Source: Spirochaetia bacterium
GTDB lineage: Bacteria > Spirochaetota > Spirochaetia > UBA9216
DNA: 64,000 bases
NCBI GenBank assembly: GCA_963675665.1
Contig: OY776510.1
Coordinates: 2,784,001 to 2,848,000, forward strand
Reading direction: 5' to 3'
The position numbers and the translations under genes are program-made. The first letter of the stretch is position 1; every line of letters begins with the position of its first letter. This document shows positions 51,412 through 62,078 of the stretch, one piece after another. The notes below the pieces were generated by a model that saw only the letters and a list, made by a program, of their open reading frames with translations, made no database searches and had not been told where the DNA came from.

Positions 51412-52155
51412 TTACATCCCCATTCCACCGTCAATTCCTATCACCTGACCGGTAATATATGACGCCATATCTGATGCGAGAAACAAAACGGTATTTGCCA
51501 CTTCTTCAGGATTTCCAATCCTTCCGAAAGGAATTTTTGTTTTAAGTTCTTCTTTTGCCGCTTCGGGAATCGCATCGGTCATATCGGACTGGATAAATCC
51601 CGGTGCTATTGCGTTGACACGGACTCCCCGGGCCGCTGTTTCCCGTGCGAGACTTTTGGTAAAGCCGATTATACCGGCTTTTGCTGCAGCGTAATTACAC
51701 TGACCGGCATTTCCAATAATGCCTACAACCGAGCTGACATTAATTATGGAACCGCTGCGTTTTTTTGCCATTGACCTTGCAACTGGCCGGGACAGATAGA
51801 ACACGCTTGACAGGTTTGTTTCAATAACGTCGTTCCACTGTTCGTCCTTCATCATGAAAGAAAGACCGTCGCGGGTGATGCCGGCATTATTTACCAGGAT
51901 ATCTATCCGGCCCTTTTCCTTGAGAATGTCTGAGGCTATTTCGTTCATTTTAGCCGAATCACTGACCGAGCCTGGTTTCCAGATTACTTCTGTATCTGAT
52001 TCTGCAGCCACAGCCTTTAATCCTTCAGCTTCAGGGCATTCGCTTCGACTGATATAATAAACAACAGCGCCTTCTTTAAGAAATAACTCAACAATAGCTT
52101 TACCTATTCCTTTTGAACCGCCTGTAATAACTGCAATTTTCTCTTTTAATAACAT
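51412..52155 (-). CDS. fabG: 3-oxoacyl-ACP reductase
   Basis: Motifs TGGSKGIG, NNAGITRD, GNAGQCNYAAAK and DGGM. Confidence 0.96.
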   Translation of the reverse strand: MLLKEKIAVITGGSKGIGKAIVELFLKEGAVVYYISRSECPEAEGLKAVAAESDTEVIWKPGSVSDSAKMNEIASDILKEKGRIDILVNNAGITRDGLSFMMKDEQWNDVIETNLSSVFYLSRPVARSMAKKRSGSIINVSSVVGIIGNAGQCNYAAAKAGIIGFTKSLARETAARGVRVNAIAPGFIQSDMTDAIPEAAKEELKTKIPFGRIGNPEEVANTVLFLASDMASYITGQVIGIDGGMGM

Positions 52156-52199
52156 TCTTACTCCTATAAATCCTTCCGCCGGGGAAGGTTGTTAGCCTT

Positions 52200-53126
52200 T
52201 TAACTGATTACTTCTTCAATCTGTTCAACAGTACCGCAGAGTTGCACATTGATATCTGAAGTTATACTTTTCATAAGACCCGAAAGAACTTTTCCCGGTC
52301 CCGTTTCAATAATTCGTTCGTACCCGTCGGCCAGGATGCTGTTTTCCTCATCAACCCAGAGAACTGAGGACACAATCTGCATCAGCGCAAGATCTTTAGC
52401 TTCTGAACCGCTGGTTACCAGTTTGCCTGAAACGTTTGAGTATAAAGCTTTAACCGGATCTTTAAAAACAAGGCTGTCAAGATACCCGGTAAATTTCTCT
52501 TTTGCCTCATCAAGGAGGGGAGAATGGCAGGGTGCTGAAACTTTTAGTCGTATTACCCGTCTTGCCCCGGCTTCTTTCAGGGCGCTTTCGGCCTCTTCAA
52601 GTCCTTTCTGGGTTCCGGAAATTACAATCTGGGTAGGAGCGTTCCAGTTTGCCATGAATGCTCCGTCGATCGCACCTATAGCATCTTTAACCTTTGCCAG
52701 ATCAAGCCCTATAACGGCTGCCATACTTGAGTCTGCGCCTTCGCCGCAGGCCTTTTCTCCGGCCTCATGCATATATTTGCCGCGCAACGCTACCGCCTTC
52801 AGAACTTCCTTATCAGAAAGTACCCCGGCATCAGCATATGCAGCCCATTCTCCAAGACTGTGACCGGCACATCCGTCGGAAACAATATTGAAATCCGCCA
52901 GAACATTTTTTACGGCAAGGTTTACAACAGTAATTGCCGGCTGGGTATTGTCGGTACGGCCTAAAACTGCCGGATCACCCTGGAAAATGAGAGCTTCCAT
53001 GTCTCTTTCTAAAACTTCCGAAGCGGTTTTAAATATTTCTTTTGCTGCGGAATACTTTTCATAAAGATCCTTTCCCATTTCAGGATATTGTGCTCCCTGA
53101 CCGGGATAAAGAAAACAGGTTTTCAT
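52200..53126 (-). CDS. fabD: Malonyl-CoA:ACP transacylase
   Basis: Motifs PGQGAQ, TQPA, GHSLGE and VSAPCHS. Confidence 0.96.
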   Translation of the reverse strand: MKTCFLYPGQGAQYPEMGKDLYEKYSAAKEIFKTASEVLERDMEALIFQGDPAVLGRTDNTQPAITVVNLAVKNVLADFNIVSDGCAGHSLGEWAAYADAGVLSDKEVLKAVALRGKYMHEAGEKACGEGADSSMAAVIGLDLAKVKDAIGAIDGAFMANWNAPTQIVISGTQKGLEEAESALKEAGARRVIRLKVSAPCHSPLLDEAKEKFTGYLDSLVFKDPVKALYSNVSGKLVTSGSEAKDLALMQIVSSVLWVDEENSILADGYERIIETGPGKVLSGLMKSITSDINVQLCGTVEQIEEVIS

Positions 53127-53185
53127 TTATATACTCCCTTCAATGTTTAAACCAATCAATATACAAATTAATATCACAGATGAAC

Positions 53186-53206
53186 TTATCGGTCAATGGC
53201 CGATAA
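53186..53206. promoter_or_regulatory. Palindromic operator over the fabD -35
   Basis: TTATCGG-N7-CCGATAA. It contains the minus-strand -35 of TTGACC-N17-TATTAA. Confidence 0.6.
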
Positions 53207-53312
53207 CGAATTTTAAGTAAAATATCGGTTTTGGGCTGAAAGAAATGCTTGCAAATTGGGAAAATTTCAAATATCCTATATTCAACTTAAATAATACTTA
53301 AAGGGGTTAAGT

Positions 53313-53888
53313 ATGACTTATAATGAAAAACTCGGTGAAAAAATTAAATTAACCCGTGAAAAAAATGATATGTCAATAGAAGACCTGGCGCAGCGAGCCG
53401 GTGTGGATTCCGGCATGATCAGCAGTATTGAAAAGGGAGAGCTTGTTCCTTATCTAAGTCCGCTGGTAAAACTTGCAAGAGCTTTGGGCGTTCGTCTTGG
53501 AACTTTTCTTGATGATCAGGAACACCTTGGACCTGTTCTGACAAAGAAAGATGATATTGATCATGTAGAACGTTTCCGGGGTGCGGATTCAGATGAAAAA
53601 AGAAGCAGAATTTTTTATTCTCTTGCCCTTAACAAGACCTCTCGGCATATGGAGCCTCTGCTGGTTGATCTTGCCCCTGCAGATGAAGGCAGCCATAAAA
53701 AATCATCTCATGAAGGTGAAGAATTCATCTATGTTCTGGAAGGTAATATTACTGTTGAATACGGTAAGGACCTGTATAATCTCAGTGTCGGCGACAGCAT
53801 TTATTATGATTCAATCGTTGAGCATGATGTAAAAGCATCAGGCAATGCCCCTGCGAAGATTCTTGCTGTTATTCATGAACCGGCCTGA
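53313..53888 (+). CDS. XRE HTH-cupin transcriptional regulator
   Basis: HTH SIEDLAQRAG...P..SPLVKLARALGVRLGTFLDD and cupin HEGEEFIYVLEG. Confidence 0.92.
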   Translation: MTYNEKLGEKIKLTREKNDMSIEDLAQRAGVDSGMISSIEKGELVPYLSPLVKLARALGVRLGTFLDDQEHLGPVLTKKDDIDHVERFRGADSDEKRSRIFYSLALNKTSRHMEPLLVDLAPADEGSHKKSSHEGEEFIYVLEGNITVEYGKDLYNLSVGDSIYYDSIVEHDVKASGNAPAKILAVIHEPA

Positions 53889-53900
53889 CAGGGAGGGAAG

Positions 53901-55544
53901 ATGAATCTTATAGAAAAGACTCTGGGCGAAGTGCTGGAAGATAATGCTGCAGCATCTCCGGACAAGGAATTTATTGTTTATTCAGATCGCAATCTGCGGT
54001 TCACATATTCCGAATATAATTTGCGTGTTGATCAGCTGGCAAAAGGATTGATGGCTGTCGGCGTTAAAAAAGGTTCCAAAGTCGGAGTCTGGGCTACGAA
54101 TGTTCCGGACTGGCTGACATTCACGTTTGCGGCTGCGAAAATAGGCGCTATACTTGTAACGATCAATACAGAATACAAACTGCATGAGCTTGAGTACCTT
54201 GTTAAACAGGCTGATATTGATACTCTCTGTATTATTGACGGCCATAAAGATTCGGATTACGTGCAGATTGTGAATGAACTGGTCCCCGAACTGAAGAGCT
54301 CTCAGCGCGGTGAGTTGAAGGCTGAAAAATTTCCCGAGCTGAGAAATGTGGTCTTTATAGGACAGGAAAAGCACCGCGGTATGTTTAACACGCAGGAGCT
54401 GCTGCTTCTGGGACAGCATATAGACGATACGGAACTTCGAAAGGCGTTTGATGCCTGCGACTGTCATGATGTTGTCAATATGCAGTATACCTCCGGAACT
54501 ACCGGATTCCCGAAAGGCGTAATGCTGACGCATCATAATATTCTTAATAACGGCTTCAATATAGGGGAATGTCAGAAATTTACAGATAAAGACAAGCTTT
54601 GCCTTGCCCCGCCTCTTTTTCACTGTTTTGGAATCGTTCTTGGCGTTATGGCTATTCTTACGCACGGTGCTTCTCTGGCCATAATCGAGAAGTTCGATCC
54701 GCTTGTTGTTATGGCATCAGTGCAGAAAGAAAAATGTACAGCTCTCTACGGTGTGCCGACGATGTTTATAGCGGAACTGAACCACCCGATGTTTGATATG
54801 TTCGACTTTTCAAGTCTTCGTACGGGGATTATGGCCGGATCACCCTGTCCGATGGAGACGATGAAACAGGTTATGGATAAGATGAATATGACTGAAGTAA
54901 CCATAGCATACGGTCTTACCGAAGCCTCGCCGGTGATGACCCAGACTGTTACCGACGACCCGCTTGAAAAGCGTGTTTCAACAGTAGGCCGTGAACTTCC
55001 GGGAATAGCGGTAAAGGTACTTAATCCCGAAACCGGCGAAGAGTGTGCGATCGAAGAGCAGGGTGAACTGTGCTGCCGCGGCTACAATATAATGAAAGGT
55101 TACTATAAAAATCCTGAAGCAACAGCTGCCTGTATCGACAAGGACGGCTGGCTGCACTCCGGCGATCTCGGCATAAAAGACGCCGACGGGTACTTCAGGG
55201 TAACCGGTCGTATCAAGGATATGATAATCCGCGGCGGTGAAAATATCTATCCGCGTGAAATTGAGGAATTCCTTTATACCATGCCTGAGATAAAAGACAT
55301 ACAGGTCGCCGGTGTTCCCGACGAGAAGTACGGTGAACAGGTAGGCGCATTTATCATCCTTCACAACGGCAAGGAGCTTCATGAAGAAGATATAAAGGAT
55401 TTCTGCCGCGGCCAGATTTCCCGGCATAAAATTCCGCGCTATGTATTTTTTGTCGATTCTTATCCGCTGACTGCCAGCGGCAAGATACAGAAATACAAGA
55501 TGGGAGAAATTGCACTCGATCTTATAAAAGAAGGGCAGGGTTAG
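53901..55544 (+). CDS. AMP-binding acyl-CoA synthetase
   Basis: Motifs [24 protein letters not shown] and SGKIQK. Confidence 0.93.
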   Translation: MNLIEKTLGEVLEDNAAASPDKEFIVYSDRNLRFTYSEYNLRVDQLAKGLMAVGVKKGSKVGVWATNVPDWLTFTFAAAKIGAILVTINTEYKLHELEYLVKQADIDTLCIIDGHKDSDYVQIVNELVPELKSSQRGELKAEKFPELRNVVFIGQEKHRGMFNTQELLLLGQHIDDTELRKAFDACDCHDVVNMQYTSGTTGFPKGVMLTHHNILNNGFNIGECQKFTDKDKLCLAPPLFHCFGIVLGVMAILTHGASLAIIEKFDPLVVMASVQKEKCTALYGVPTMFIAELNHPMFDMFDFSSLRTGIMAGSPCPMETMKQVMDKMNMTEVTIAYGLTEASPVMTQTVTDDPLEKRVSTVGRELPGIAVKVLNPETGEECAIEEQGELCCRGYNIMKGYYKNPEATAACIDKDGWLHSGDLGIKDADGYFRVTGRIKDMIIRGGENIYPREIEEFLYTMPEIKDIQVAGVPDEKYGEQVGAFIILHNGKELHEEDIKDFCRGQISRHKIPRYVFFVDSYPLTASGKIQKYKMGEIALDLIKEGQG

Positions 55545-55578
55545 CTTAAAAATTTGATTGAATAATGAGAAAACACAG

Positions 55579-55610
55579 AGGCCGTCCAATAAGTATTGGA
55601 TGGCCTTTTT
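55579..55610 (+). terminator. Intrinsic terminator
   Basis: AGGCCGTCCAATA-AG-TATTGGATGGCCT followed by TTTT. Confidence 0.8.
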
Positions 55611-55698
55611 AAATTCCAAAAAATAACGATTTTGATTATTTAGAATATTGAACTATAATACTGTTATCTTAAGGTAATAAAAAATTAATAAGGGTATT

Positions 55699-57816
55699 AT
55701 GAAAAGTTCAATCTATTTCCCTATAAAAATCACAATTACCGTAAGTTTCTTTCTGACAATTTTGACCGTTGTTTCAATTATTATAGGTTTTAATTACATT
55801 GAAACGTCCAAATCAGCGCTGTTAACAGCAGAACAGCTTATGGAAAGTAAATCAAGGCGAATCTTTGTACAAATCGATAATCTTTACAAACCGCTGTCGT
55901 ATCTTGTTCAACAGGCATCGACACTTCCGGCGGTAGGGACAAAACCTACATTACAAACTCATCCTGCACAGGATTACATGATTAATGCCATGAAGATATA
56001 TAAGCAAATCCAGATTCAATACATAGGATTTCAGGATGGTGATTTCTATGGTATTTATTCGCTTAATGAAAATTATATAGGTTCCATGAGAGAAAATACA
56101 CATGCTCCGGAAGACGCCGCTTTTGCAATAGTAAGACAGTATACGCCGGCTACCCAAAATGCTCCTGTCAGATTGTGGCGATATTTAAATGACAAAGAAC
56201 AGACTATCGGGTCATATAAAGAAAGAAACGTCAGCTATGATCCTCGCAACAGGGGATGGTATCAGAGTGCAAATGAAAACGGCGGAATCAGGAAATCGGC
56301 TCCCTATTTATTTGACAACTCAAAACAGTTTGGGGTTACTGTTTCAACATGCATAGACGGCGCTACTCCCGGAGTATATGGAGTTGATATACTTTTAAGT
56401 GAAATCGCAGAATTTCTAAACAAAGTAAAGGACTCGGAAAATGAAACAATAATAATCTTTAATCAGGATCTGCAGATAACTGCAGCGCCCGATTCCGGAG
56501 ATCCCGTTTCAGATAGTCCTCTTCCTTTTTTAAGAAGCAGCGGTAATGAACTATTGTTGACAATCTCCGAGAAACTGGAAGAACTGGGTTTATCAGAGAA
56601 TATGACGCTCAATCTGAAAATTCAACGAAAAGAATATTTAATCAAAATTATGGAAATTCCTGATCTGTTTGAAAATAAAGAATACATACTGATAGGAATC
56701 CCGCAAGATGATATTTTAGGCCCAATAGCTCAAAATTCAATTTTGAACCTTGTCTATTCCTTTATTCTGTTTTTACTTGCCATACCGTTGATAATACTGA
56801 TTTCCGCCAAAATCAGCGGGCCTATTACAAAACTGGCCGCCGAAGCGAATACTATTCACCAATATGACTTTACCCGGGATATCCAGATTCAGAGTAATAT
56901 AAAAGAAATCCACGAGCTTACAACTGAAATGGCCAATATGAAGCGCGGATTAAGGTATTTTAATAAATATGTTCCGTCCCGTCTGGTAAGACACCTGCTT
57001 GAAAGTAATATCGATTTTGTTATCGGCGGAAGAAAACGTAATATAGCAATCATGTTCACCGATATTGAGAATTTTACTTCAATTGCCGAAGCGATGGAAC
57101 CGGAAGATTTGATGCAGCATCTGTCCGGTTATTTCGAGAAAACAACAAAAATTATTCGTTCATATAACGGCCTTGTTGATAAATACATAGGCGATGCGGT
57201 AATGGCATTCTGGAACGCTCCTTCTGATGACCCACATTATATAAAGCATGCCTGCCGGGCAGCAATGGATATAAACAGGGAAATCAATGGAAATGATAAA
57301 AATGAAGAGGGGCAGGCCGGGGTGGTATTTAAAACCCGAATTGGAATTGATACAGGAGAAGCGGTAGTAGGCAATGTCGGTTCAAGTGATCGAATGAATT
57401 ATACCGTAATTGGTGATACCGTTAATAATGCCAGCCGTTTGGAAGGTGTGAACAAGATTTATAATACACAGATACTTATTTCACAAAGAGTTGCGGACCA
57501 GATTGAAGACGAATTTCTGGTTTGCCCGGTTGCAAAAGTTCTGGTTAAAGGAAAATCCATTGTACAGGATATATATGAACTTGTTGATTACCGTCAGGAA
57601 GCTGATCCTTCAGAAATAAATTACACTTTTCATTTTATTAACGGTTTCCGTCTTTTTTATGGAAGGCAATGGATCGAAGCTGAAAAGGCTTTTAAAAAAG
57701 CGAATACCTATGGTCAGAGCCTCCTCGCATCACAGTTTATTAAAAGCTGCCAGGAATTTGTAAATGTTCCTCCGCCGCCGGAATGGACGGGTGTTCGGAT
57801 TATCAGGGGGAAATAA
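55699..57816 (+). CDS. Membrane Cache-HAMP class III adenylate cyclase
   Basis: Two TM segments, Cache (YDPRNRGWY), FTDIENFT, DKYIGDAVMAFW and TVIGDTVNNASRLEG. Confidence 0.9.
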   Translation: MKSSIYFPIKITITVSFFLTILTVVSIIIGFNYIETSKSALLTAEQLMESKSRRIFVQIDNLYKPLSYLVQQASTLPAVGTKPTLQTHPAQDYMINAMKIYKQIQIQYIGFQDGDFYGIYSLNENYIGSMRENTHAPEDAAFAIVRQYTPATQNAPVRLWRYLNDKEQTIGSYKERNVSYDPRNRGWYQSANENGGIRKSAPYLFDNSKQFGVTVSTCIDGATPGVYGVDILLSEIAEFLNKVKDSENETIIIFNQDLQITAAPDSGDPVSDSPLPFLRSSGNELLLTISEKLEELGLSENMTLNLKIQRKEYLIKIMEIPDLFENKEYILIGIPQDDILGPIAQNSILNLVYSFILFLLAIPLIILISAKISGPITKLAAEANTIHQYDFTRDIQIQSNIKEIHELTTEMANMKRGLRYFNKYVPSRLVRHLLESNIDFVIGGRKRNIAIMFTDIENFTSIAEAMEPEDLMQHLSGYFEKTTKIIRSYNGLVDKYIGDAVMAFWNAPSDDPHYIKHACRAAMDINREINGNDKNEEGQAGVVFKTRIGIDTGEAVVGNVGSSDRMNYTVIGDTVNNASRLEGVNKIYNTQILISQRVADQIEDEFLVCPVAKVLVKGKSIVQDIYELVDYRQEADPSEINYTFHFINGFRLFYGRQWIEAEKAFKKANTYGQSLLASQFIKSCQEFVNVPPPPEWTGVRIIRGK

Positions 57817-59120
57817 TGAAGAAAATTATTCTTTTATATTTAATAATATCCTCTCCGCTTTTAACAGCGCAGGAGACGATATACTTTCTGGATTCCAATC
57901 AGGATCTTGAGAGACAGGCGGTTATTCGTTATCTGATGGATGCTTTTGAACTTGAGAATCCGAATATAAGCATCAAACTTGAGCTGTATAAAGATGATGA
58001 TTCCCTTGAAAACATACTTTCGCCTGATGACGGCGCTTCTCCCCATCTGATTATGGCTGATTCAAAATTATTATATCGTTTGTCATATATTAATGATCTT
58101 GATTTATCTTTAACTGCGGAATTGATAGAAGAAGTATCAAATGACATGTACGCCGGAGCCCTCAAAGCTTTTCAAAAAAAGGAGATATTTCTGGGAATCC
58201 CGTATTCAGCCTGGCTGCAGGTCTTATGGTACAGGGAGGACTGGTTTCAACGGAACAATCTTAATCCGCCCGATGATCCAAACTCAATCCTGAAGGCTGC
58301 TGAAACCTTTTACAACAAGGAAGCCTCTCAGTACGGGATTATACTGGGCGAAAGGGAAGACAGTTACCTGGAACAGTGTTTTTTACATCTTGCCGGCGCA
58401 GAAGGCGCACTGTTGCTTTCGAAGGATAACAAAACCTGTGCTGTAGACAACGAAGTGTTTAGAAAAACGTTAAGACTGTATTCCAGGTTATGTCAGTTAA
58501 GCGTTCCGGGCAAAGATTACTGGAGAGCCAGGGATTATTTCTTTCAGAACAGGGCTTCAATGCTGTTTTATTCAACCTTTCTTATGGATGATCTCGCGCT
58601 GGAAAAGGTGATGGAAGATTCACTTGGTTCCCGGAATTTTACGGATTTAAACGGCTGTGATTATGACCCGGATTTCTTTAATAACGTAGGAATGATTACA
58701 ACAATATCGGAACAGAACCCTTCTGTCTTCGGAAGCATCTCCGGAATTGGAATCCTGGGCGGAGCGACTGAAACCGAAAAGGAAAGTATCAAGTCTCTTA
58801 TTCGGTTTCTGTTTAGGCAGGACGTCTATATAAGCTGGCTTCATATGTGTCCCGGAGGAATGCTCCCTGTAAAACGAGATATCCTTGAAAGTGATGCTTA
58901 CTACCAGGATAGCGGTGAGGTCTTCAAACGTTTCGGGCGCAAACAAATTATAGAATTGGTGCAGGGGTTGGAATATCTTCGGGTAACCAATCCTGAAGAA
59001 TTACTGGAATGCTCAGAGAGCGGTTATAAGGATAAAGATTTCCTCCGACTGCTGTTTGAATGCCTGGAAGCGCCTTTGTTTCAGGGCCAATTGATATCGC
59101 AGGAAAAATGGATAAAATGA
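57816..59120 (+). CDS. Extracellular solute-binding protein (sugar-binding family 1-like)
   Basis: Signal peptide, FELENPNISIKLE, GIPYSAWLQVLWYREDWF and PGGMLP. TAATG coupling to the cyclase. Confidence 0.8.
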   Translation: MKKIILLYLIISSPLLTAQETIYFLDSNQDLERQAVIRYLMDAFELENPNISIKLELYKDDDSLENILSPDDGASPHLIMADSKLLYRLSYINDLDLSLTAELIEEVSNDMYAGALKAFQKKEIFLGIPYSAWLQVLWYREDWFQRNNLNPPDDPNSILKAAETFYNKEASQYGIILGEREDSYLEQCFLHLAGAEGALLLSKDNKTCAVDNEVFRKTLRLYSRLCQLSVPGKDYWRARDYFFQNRASMLFYSTFLMDDLALEKVMEDSLGSRNFTDLNGCDYDPDFFNNVGMITTISEQNPSVFGSISGIGILGGATETEKESIKSLIRFLFRQDVYISWLHMCPGGMLPVKRDILESDAYYQDSGEVFKRFGRKQIIELVQGLEYLRVTNPEELLECSESGYKDKDFLRLLFECLEAPLFQGQLISQEKWIK

Positions 59121-59152
59121 TGCATGAAAGAAAGCTGTCAGGCCAAATACAT

Positions 59153-59184
59153 AAAAAAACAGGGGGCATCTGCAGAAGCCCCCT
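59153..59184 (-). terminator. Intrinsic terminator after fabH
   Basis: AGGGGGC...GCCCCCT stem with an A-tract on the plus strand (U-tract on the minus strand). Confidence 0.6.
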
Positions 59185-59216
59185 TAAATATTTCCGATCC
59201 GGCGTTATTTTTTATA

Positions 59217-60203
59217 TTACCATCTGATGAGATTTCCGCCGTATGTAAGCCCGGCCCCGAAGCCTGAAGTAAGTATCAGATCGCCTTTTTTAAGTTCTCC
59301 GCGTTCCAGCATCGCGTTAAGCGCAATTGGAATGGAAGCCGCTGATGTATTTGCAAATTCCTCAATTATCACAAAGAATTTTTCCATCGGGATATCCAGC
59401 CGTTTCGCCGCGGCCTGAATAATCCGGATATTGGCCTGATGCGGTACTATTCTGTCGAGATCATCAACCGTAATATTATTGCGTTTTAAAAGTGTATTGA
59501 TAATGGTTTCATTTACCTTGACGGCAAAACCGTATACCCGGCGGCCGTTCATGCTGATATATAGATCCTCTTCGGCATATTCACCGATATGAAACGGATG
59601 CTTGGCTCCGCCTGCTTTTCTCATCAGATGCTCATATCCGTCGCCTTCAGCGCCGAGCATTGAATCAAGAATGCCGCGGCCGTCGCCGCTTTCATTAAGT
59701 CCAAGCACCGCGGCGCCTGCTCCGTCTCCGAACAGCACGCATGTATCACGGTCTTTCCAGTTCGTTATTCTCGACAATGCCTCGACCCCGATTACAAGCG
59801 CTTTCTTTATTGAGCCGGCAATAAGCATGCTTCTTGCAACCTCAAGTCCGTATACGAAACCCGTGCAGCCGGCGCTTAAATCCATGGCGCCTGTATGTCT
59901 TATTCCAAGTTTATGCTGAACTACACAAGCTGTGGACGGGAAAGTGGAGTAATCTCCGGAAGCAGTTGCAACTATTATAAAGTCGATATCCTCCGCGTCG
60001 ATTCCGGCCATTTCAAGAGCTTTTTTGGATGCCTCCACGGCCATGTCAGATGTGGTTTTGTCTTCAGCTATAATATGACGTTTGCCTATTCCGGTATGAG
60101 ATCTGATCCATTCATCGCTTGTATCAACAATTTTTGACAGTTCTTCATTGGTTATTACTTTTTCAGGGACATGCGCCCCAAGTCCTAAAATTTCCGCAGT
60201 CAT
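59217..60203 (-). CDS. fabH: Beta-ketoacyl-ACP synthase III
   Basis: DTSDEWI, AGCTGF, LFGDGAGA, PHQAN.RI, NTSAASIP and GFGAGLT. ATG 60203 follows AGGAGG. Confidence 0.96.
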   Translation of the reverse strand: MTAEILGLGAHVPEKVITNEELSKIVDTSDEWIRSHTGIGKRHIIAEDKTTSDMAVEASKKALEMAGIDAEDIDFIIVATASGDYSTFPSTACVVQHKLGIRHTGAMDLSAGCTGFVYGLEVARSMLIAGSIKKALVIGVEALSRITNWKDRDTCVLFGDGAGAAVLGLNESGDGRGILDSMLGAEGDGYEHLMRKAGGAKHPFHIGEYAEEDLYISMNGRRVYGFAVKVNETIINTLLKRNNITVDDLDRIVPHQANIRIIQAAAKRLDIPMEKFFVIIEEFANTSAASIPIALNAMLERGELKKGDLILTSGFGAGLTYGGNLIRW

Positions 60204-60293
60204 AGTTATCCTCCTAATTGGAATTACCCGCACGGGCTGCAAGGCAGCACCATAGTTATACGGGAACAAAAGTGAATGCGTTAGAACATCATA

Positions 60294-60312
60294 TATCGGT
60301 TATCGACCGATA
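60294..60312. promoter_or_regulatory. Palindromic operator in the fabH promoter
   Basis: TATCGG-N7-CCGATA lies within minus-strand TTGATT-N18-TATGAT. Confidence 0.6.
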
Positions 60313-60376
60313 ATCAAGTAAATTAGTAACGAATAAGGCAGAAAAACCTGATGTTAGCGTAAAAAAGGATAAAATA

Positions 60377-60892
60377 TTACTCTTTTCTGGATTCGGCGGT
60401 TTCCAGGGAATGGATTCGGTAACGTTCTCCCGCCGCATCTATTTCACGGATATCTTCATCTGTAAGTTCTCGGATGAGTTTTGCGGGGGAGCCTAAAATA
60501 AGTGAACGGGGCGGAAATTTCTTTCCCTTGGTAACAAGCGCACCGGCACCGACAATACTGAAATCTCCTATTTCTGCGTCATCCAGTACAATAGCGCCCA
60601 TTCCGATAAGGCAGTGGTTTCCGATTTTGCAGGAATGCGCGATTGCGTTATGTCCGACCGTAACCCAGTCTCCGATTGTTAACGGATTGCCTGTGCTTAT
60701 ATGGCAAACAGCTCCGTCCTGGATATTGCTGAAATTTCCCACTCGTATCGGTGCAATATCTCCCCTGAGCGTTGCACTAAACCATACTGATGATTCTTTT
60801 CCCAGAACAACGTCTCCGCTTATATCGGCATTCCATGCAATAAAATTTGCGCCGGAAGTATCAGGTTCTTTATCCAAAAAGTTTTTAATCAT
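60377..60892 (-). CDS. Gamma carbonic anhydrase-family hexapeptide protein
   Basis: SVWFSATLRGD, SNIQDGAVCH, VTVGHNAIAHSC and GSPAK. Confidence 0.9.
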   Translation of the reverse strand: MIKNFLDKEPDTSGANFIAWNADISGDVVLGKESSVWFSATLRGDIAPIRVGNFSNIQDGAVCHISTGNPLTIGDWVTVGHNAIAHSCKIGNHCLIGMGAIVLDDAEIGDFSIVGAGALVTKGKKFPPRSLILGSPAKLIRELTDEDIREIDAAGERYRIHSLETAESRKE

Positions 60893-60943
60893 GATTGCAA
60901 CTCCATTAGTAAAAGTAGTATGATATTATCAGGAATAATAATA

Positions 60944-62002
60944 ATGGACAATCAGAAAGCCAATACGGTATTTCTCGGAGTAATCGCAGTAGCAGCGGCA
61001 ATAGCAATCCTGAAAATCGCCAGTTCTGTAATGCTTCCAATTTTTTTCTCTGTTCTGCTTGCGTTCACACTTTCTCCGGTTGTAGACGGGCTGATGAGGG
61101 TCAAGGTGCCCAGGGGTATTTCAATTGCTCTTGCCATGCTGATTCTTTTCGGTATCGGATATCTGGTTGGATTGTTTCTGATTTCAAGCATAAACTCATT
61201 TATAGAAGAAGCCCCGAAATATTATAAACGGTTTGAAGAAATAACAAGTCAGATTTCCGGATCGCTTAATGCGAGTTTCTCAATGGAATTGCCGGAGAAT
61301 CCGATGGCAGAACTTAATCTGACTTCCACTTTCATAGGTTCAATAAATGCCATATCACAGAATTTTATGTCTTTTATAAGCGCGCTTGTTATTGTAATTC
61401 TGTCTACAATATTCCTGTTGCTTGAATCGCCCTATATTCAGGTGACTATCGCCAAGGCATTTCCCCGAAAAACCGGCAAGCGTATTGTAATAATAATGCG
61501 CCATACCATAAGACAGATCGGACGATATCTGTCGGTAAAATTTATCGTCAGCGCTGCAACCGGCGTGCTTGTGTGGTTTTTTCTCCAGATAATCGGGATG
61601 GATTTCGCCCTTATCTGGGGGGTTATGGCTTTTATTCTGAATTTCATTCCGAATATAGGGTCCGTTATAGTAATGGCTGTTACGATAATAATGGGATTCA
61701 TACAGTTTTTCCCTCTGCCGGGACCGATTATTGCGGTGTTTGTGTCAATGATTGGGGTGCAGGTTGTAGTGGGCAACTTTTTTGATCCGAGGATGCAGGG
61801 GCGCAGACTGAATCTTAGCCCTATAATAATAATCTTTTCCCTGTTCTTATGGGGATGGATGTGGGGCCCGGTCGGCATGTTTATCGCTGTTCCCATCACC
61901 GCCGTTATAAAAATAATCTGCCAGAATATTCCACAGCTTAAACCCCTGTCCATGCTTATGGAGAACGGCCGCAAAGTTCTTAAAGGCCGGAAATTCTTTT
62001 AA
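60944..62002 (+). CDS. AI-2E family transporter
   Basis: Multi-TM protein with LNFIPNIGS and W.WMWG..GM.IAVP.T. Confidence 0.88.
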   Translation: MDNQKANTVFLGVIAVAAAIAILKIASSVMLPIFFSVLLAFTLSPVVDGLMRVKVPRGISIALAMLILFGIGYLVGLFLISSINSFIEEAPKYYKRFEEITSQISGSLNASFSMELPENPMAELNLTSTFIGSINAISQNFMSFISALVIVILSTIFLLLESPYIQVTIAKAFPRKTGKRIVIIMRHTIRQIGRYLSVKFIVSAATGVLVWFFLQIIGMDFALIWGVMAFILNFIPNIGSVIVMAVTIIMGFIQFFPLPGPIIAVFVSMIGVQVVVGNFFDPRMQGRRLNLSPIIIIFSLFLWGWMWGPVGMFIAVPITAVIKIICQNIPQLKPLSMLMENGRKVLKGRKFF

Positions 62003-62078
62003 ATATACCTCTTTGAAAGTAGAATATTTTTAAAAGGTTCCCTTGTTTAAAAGGGTCTTCATCGGTATTATATCACCC

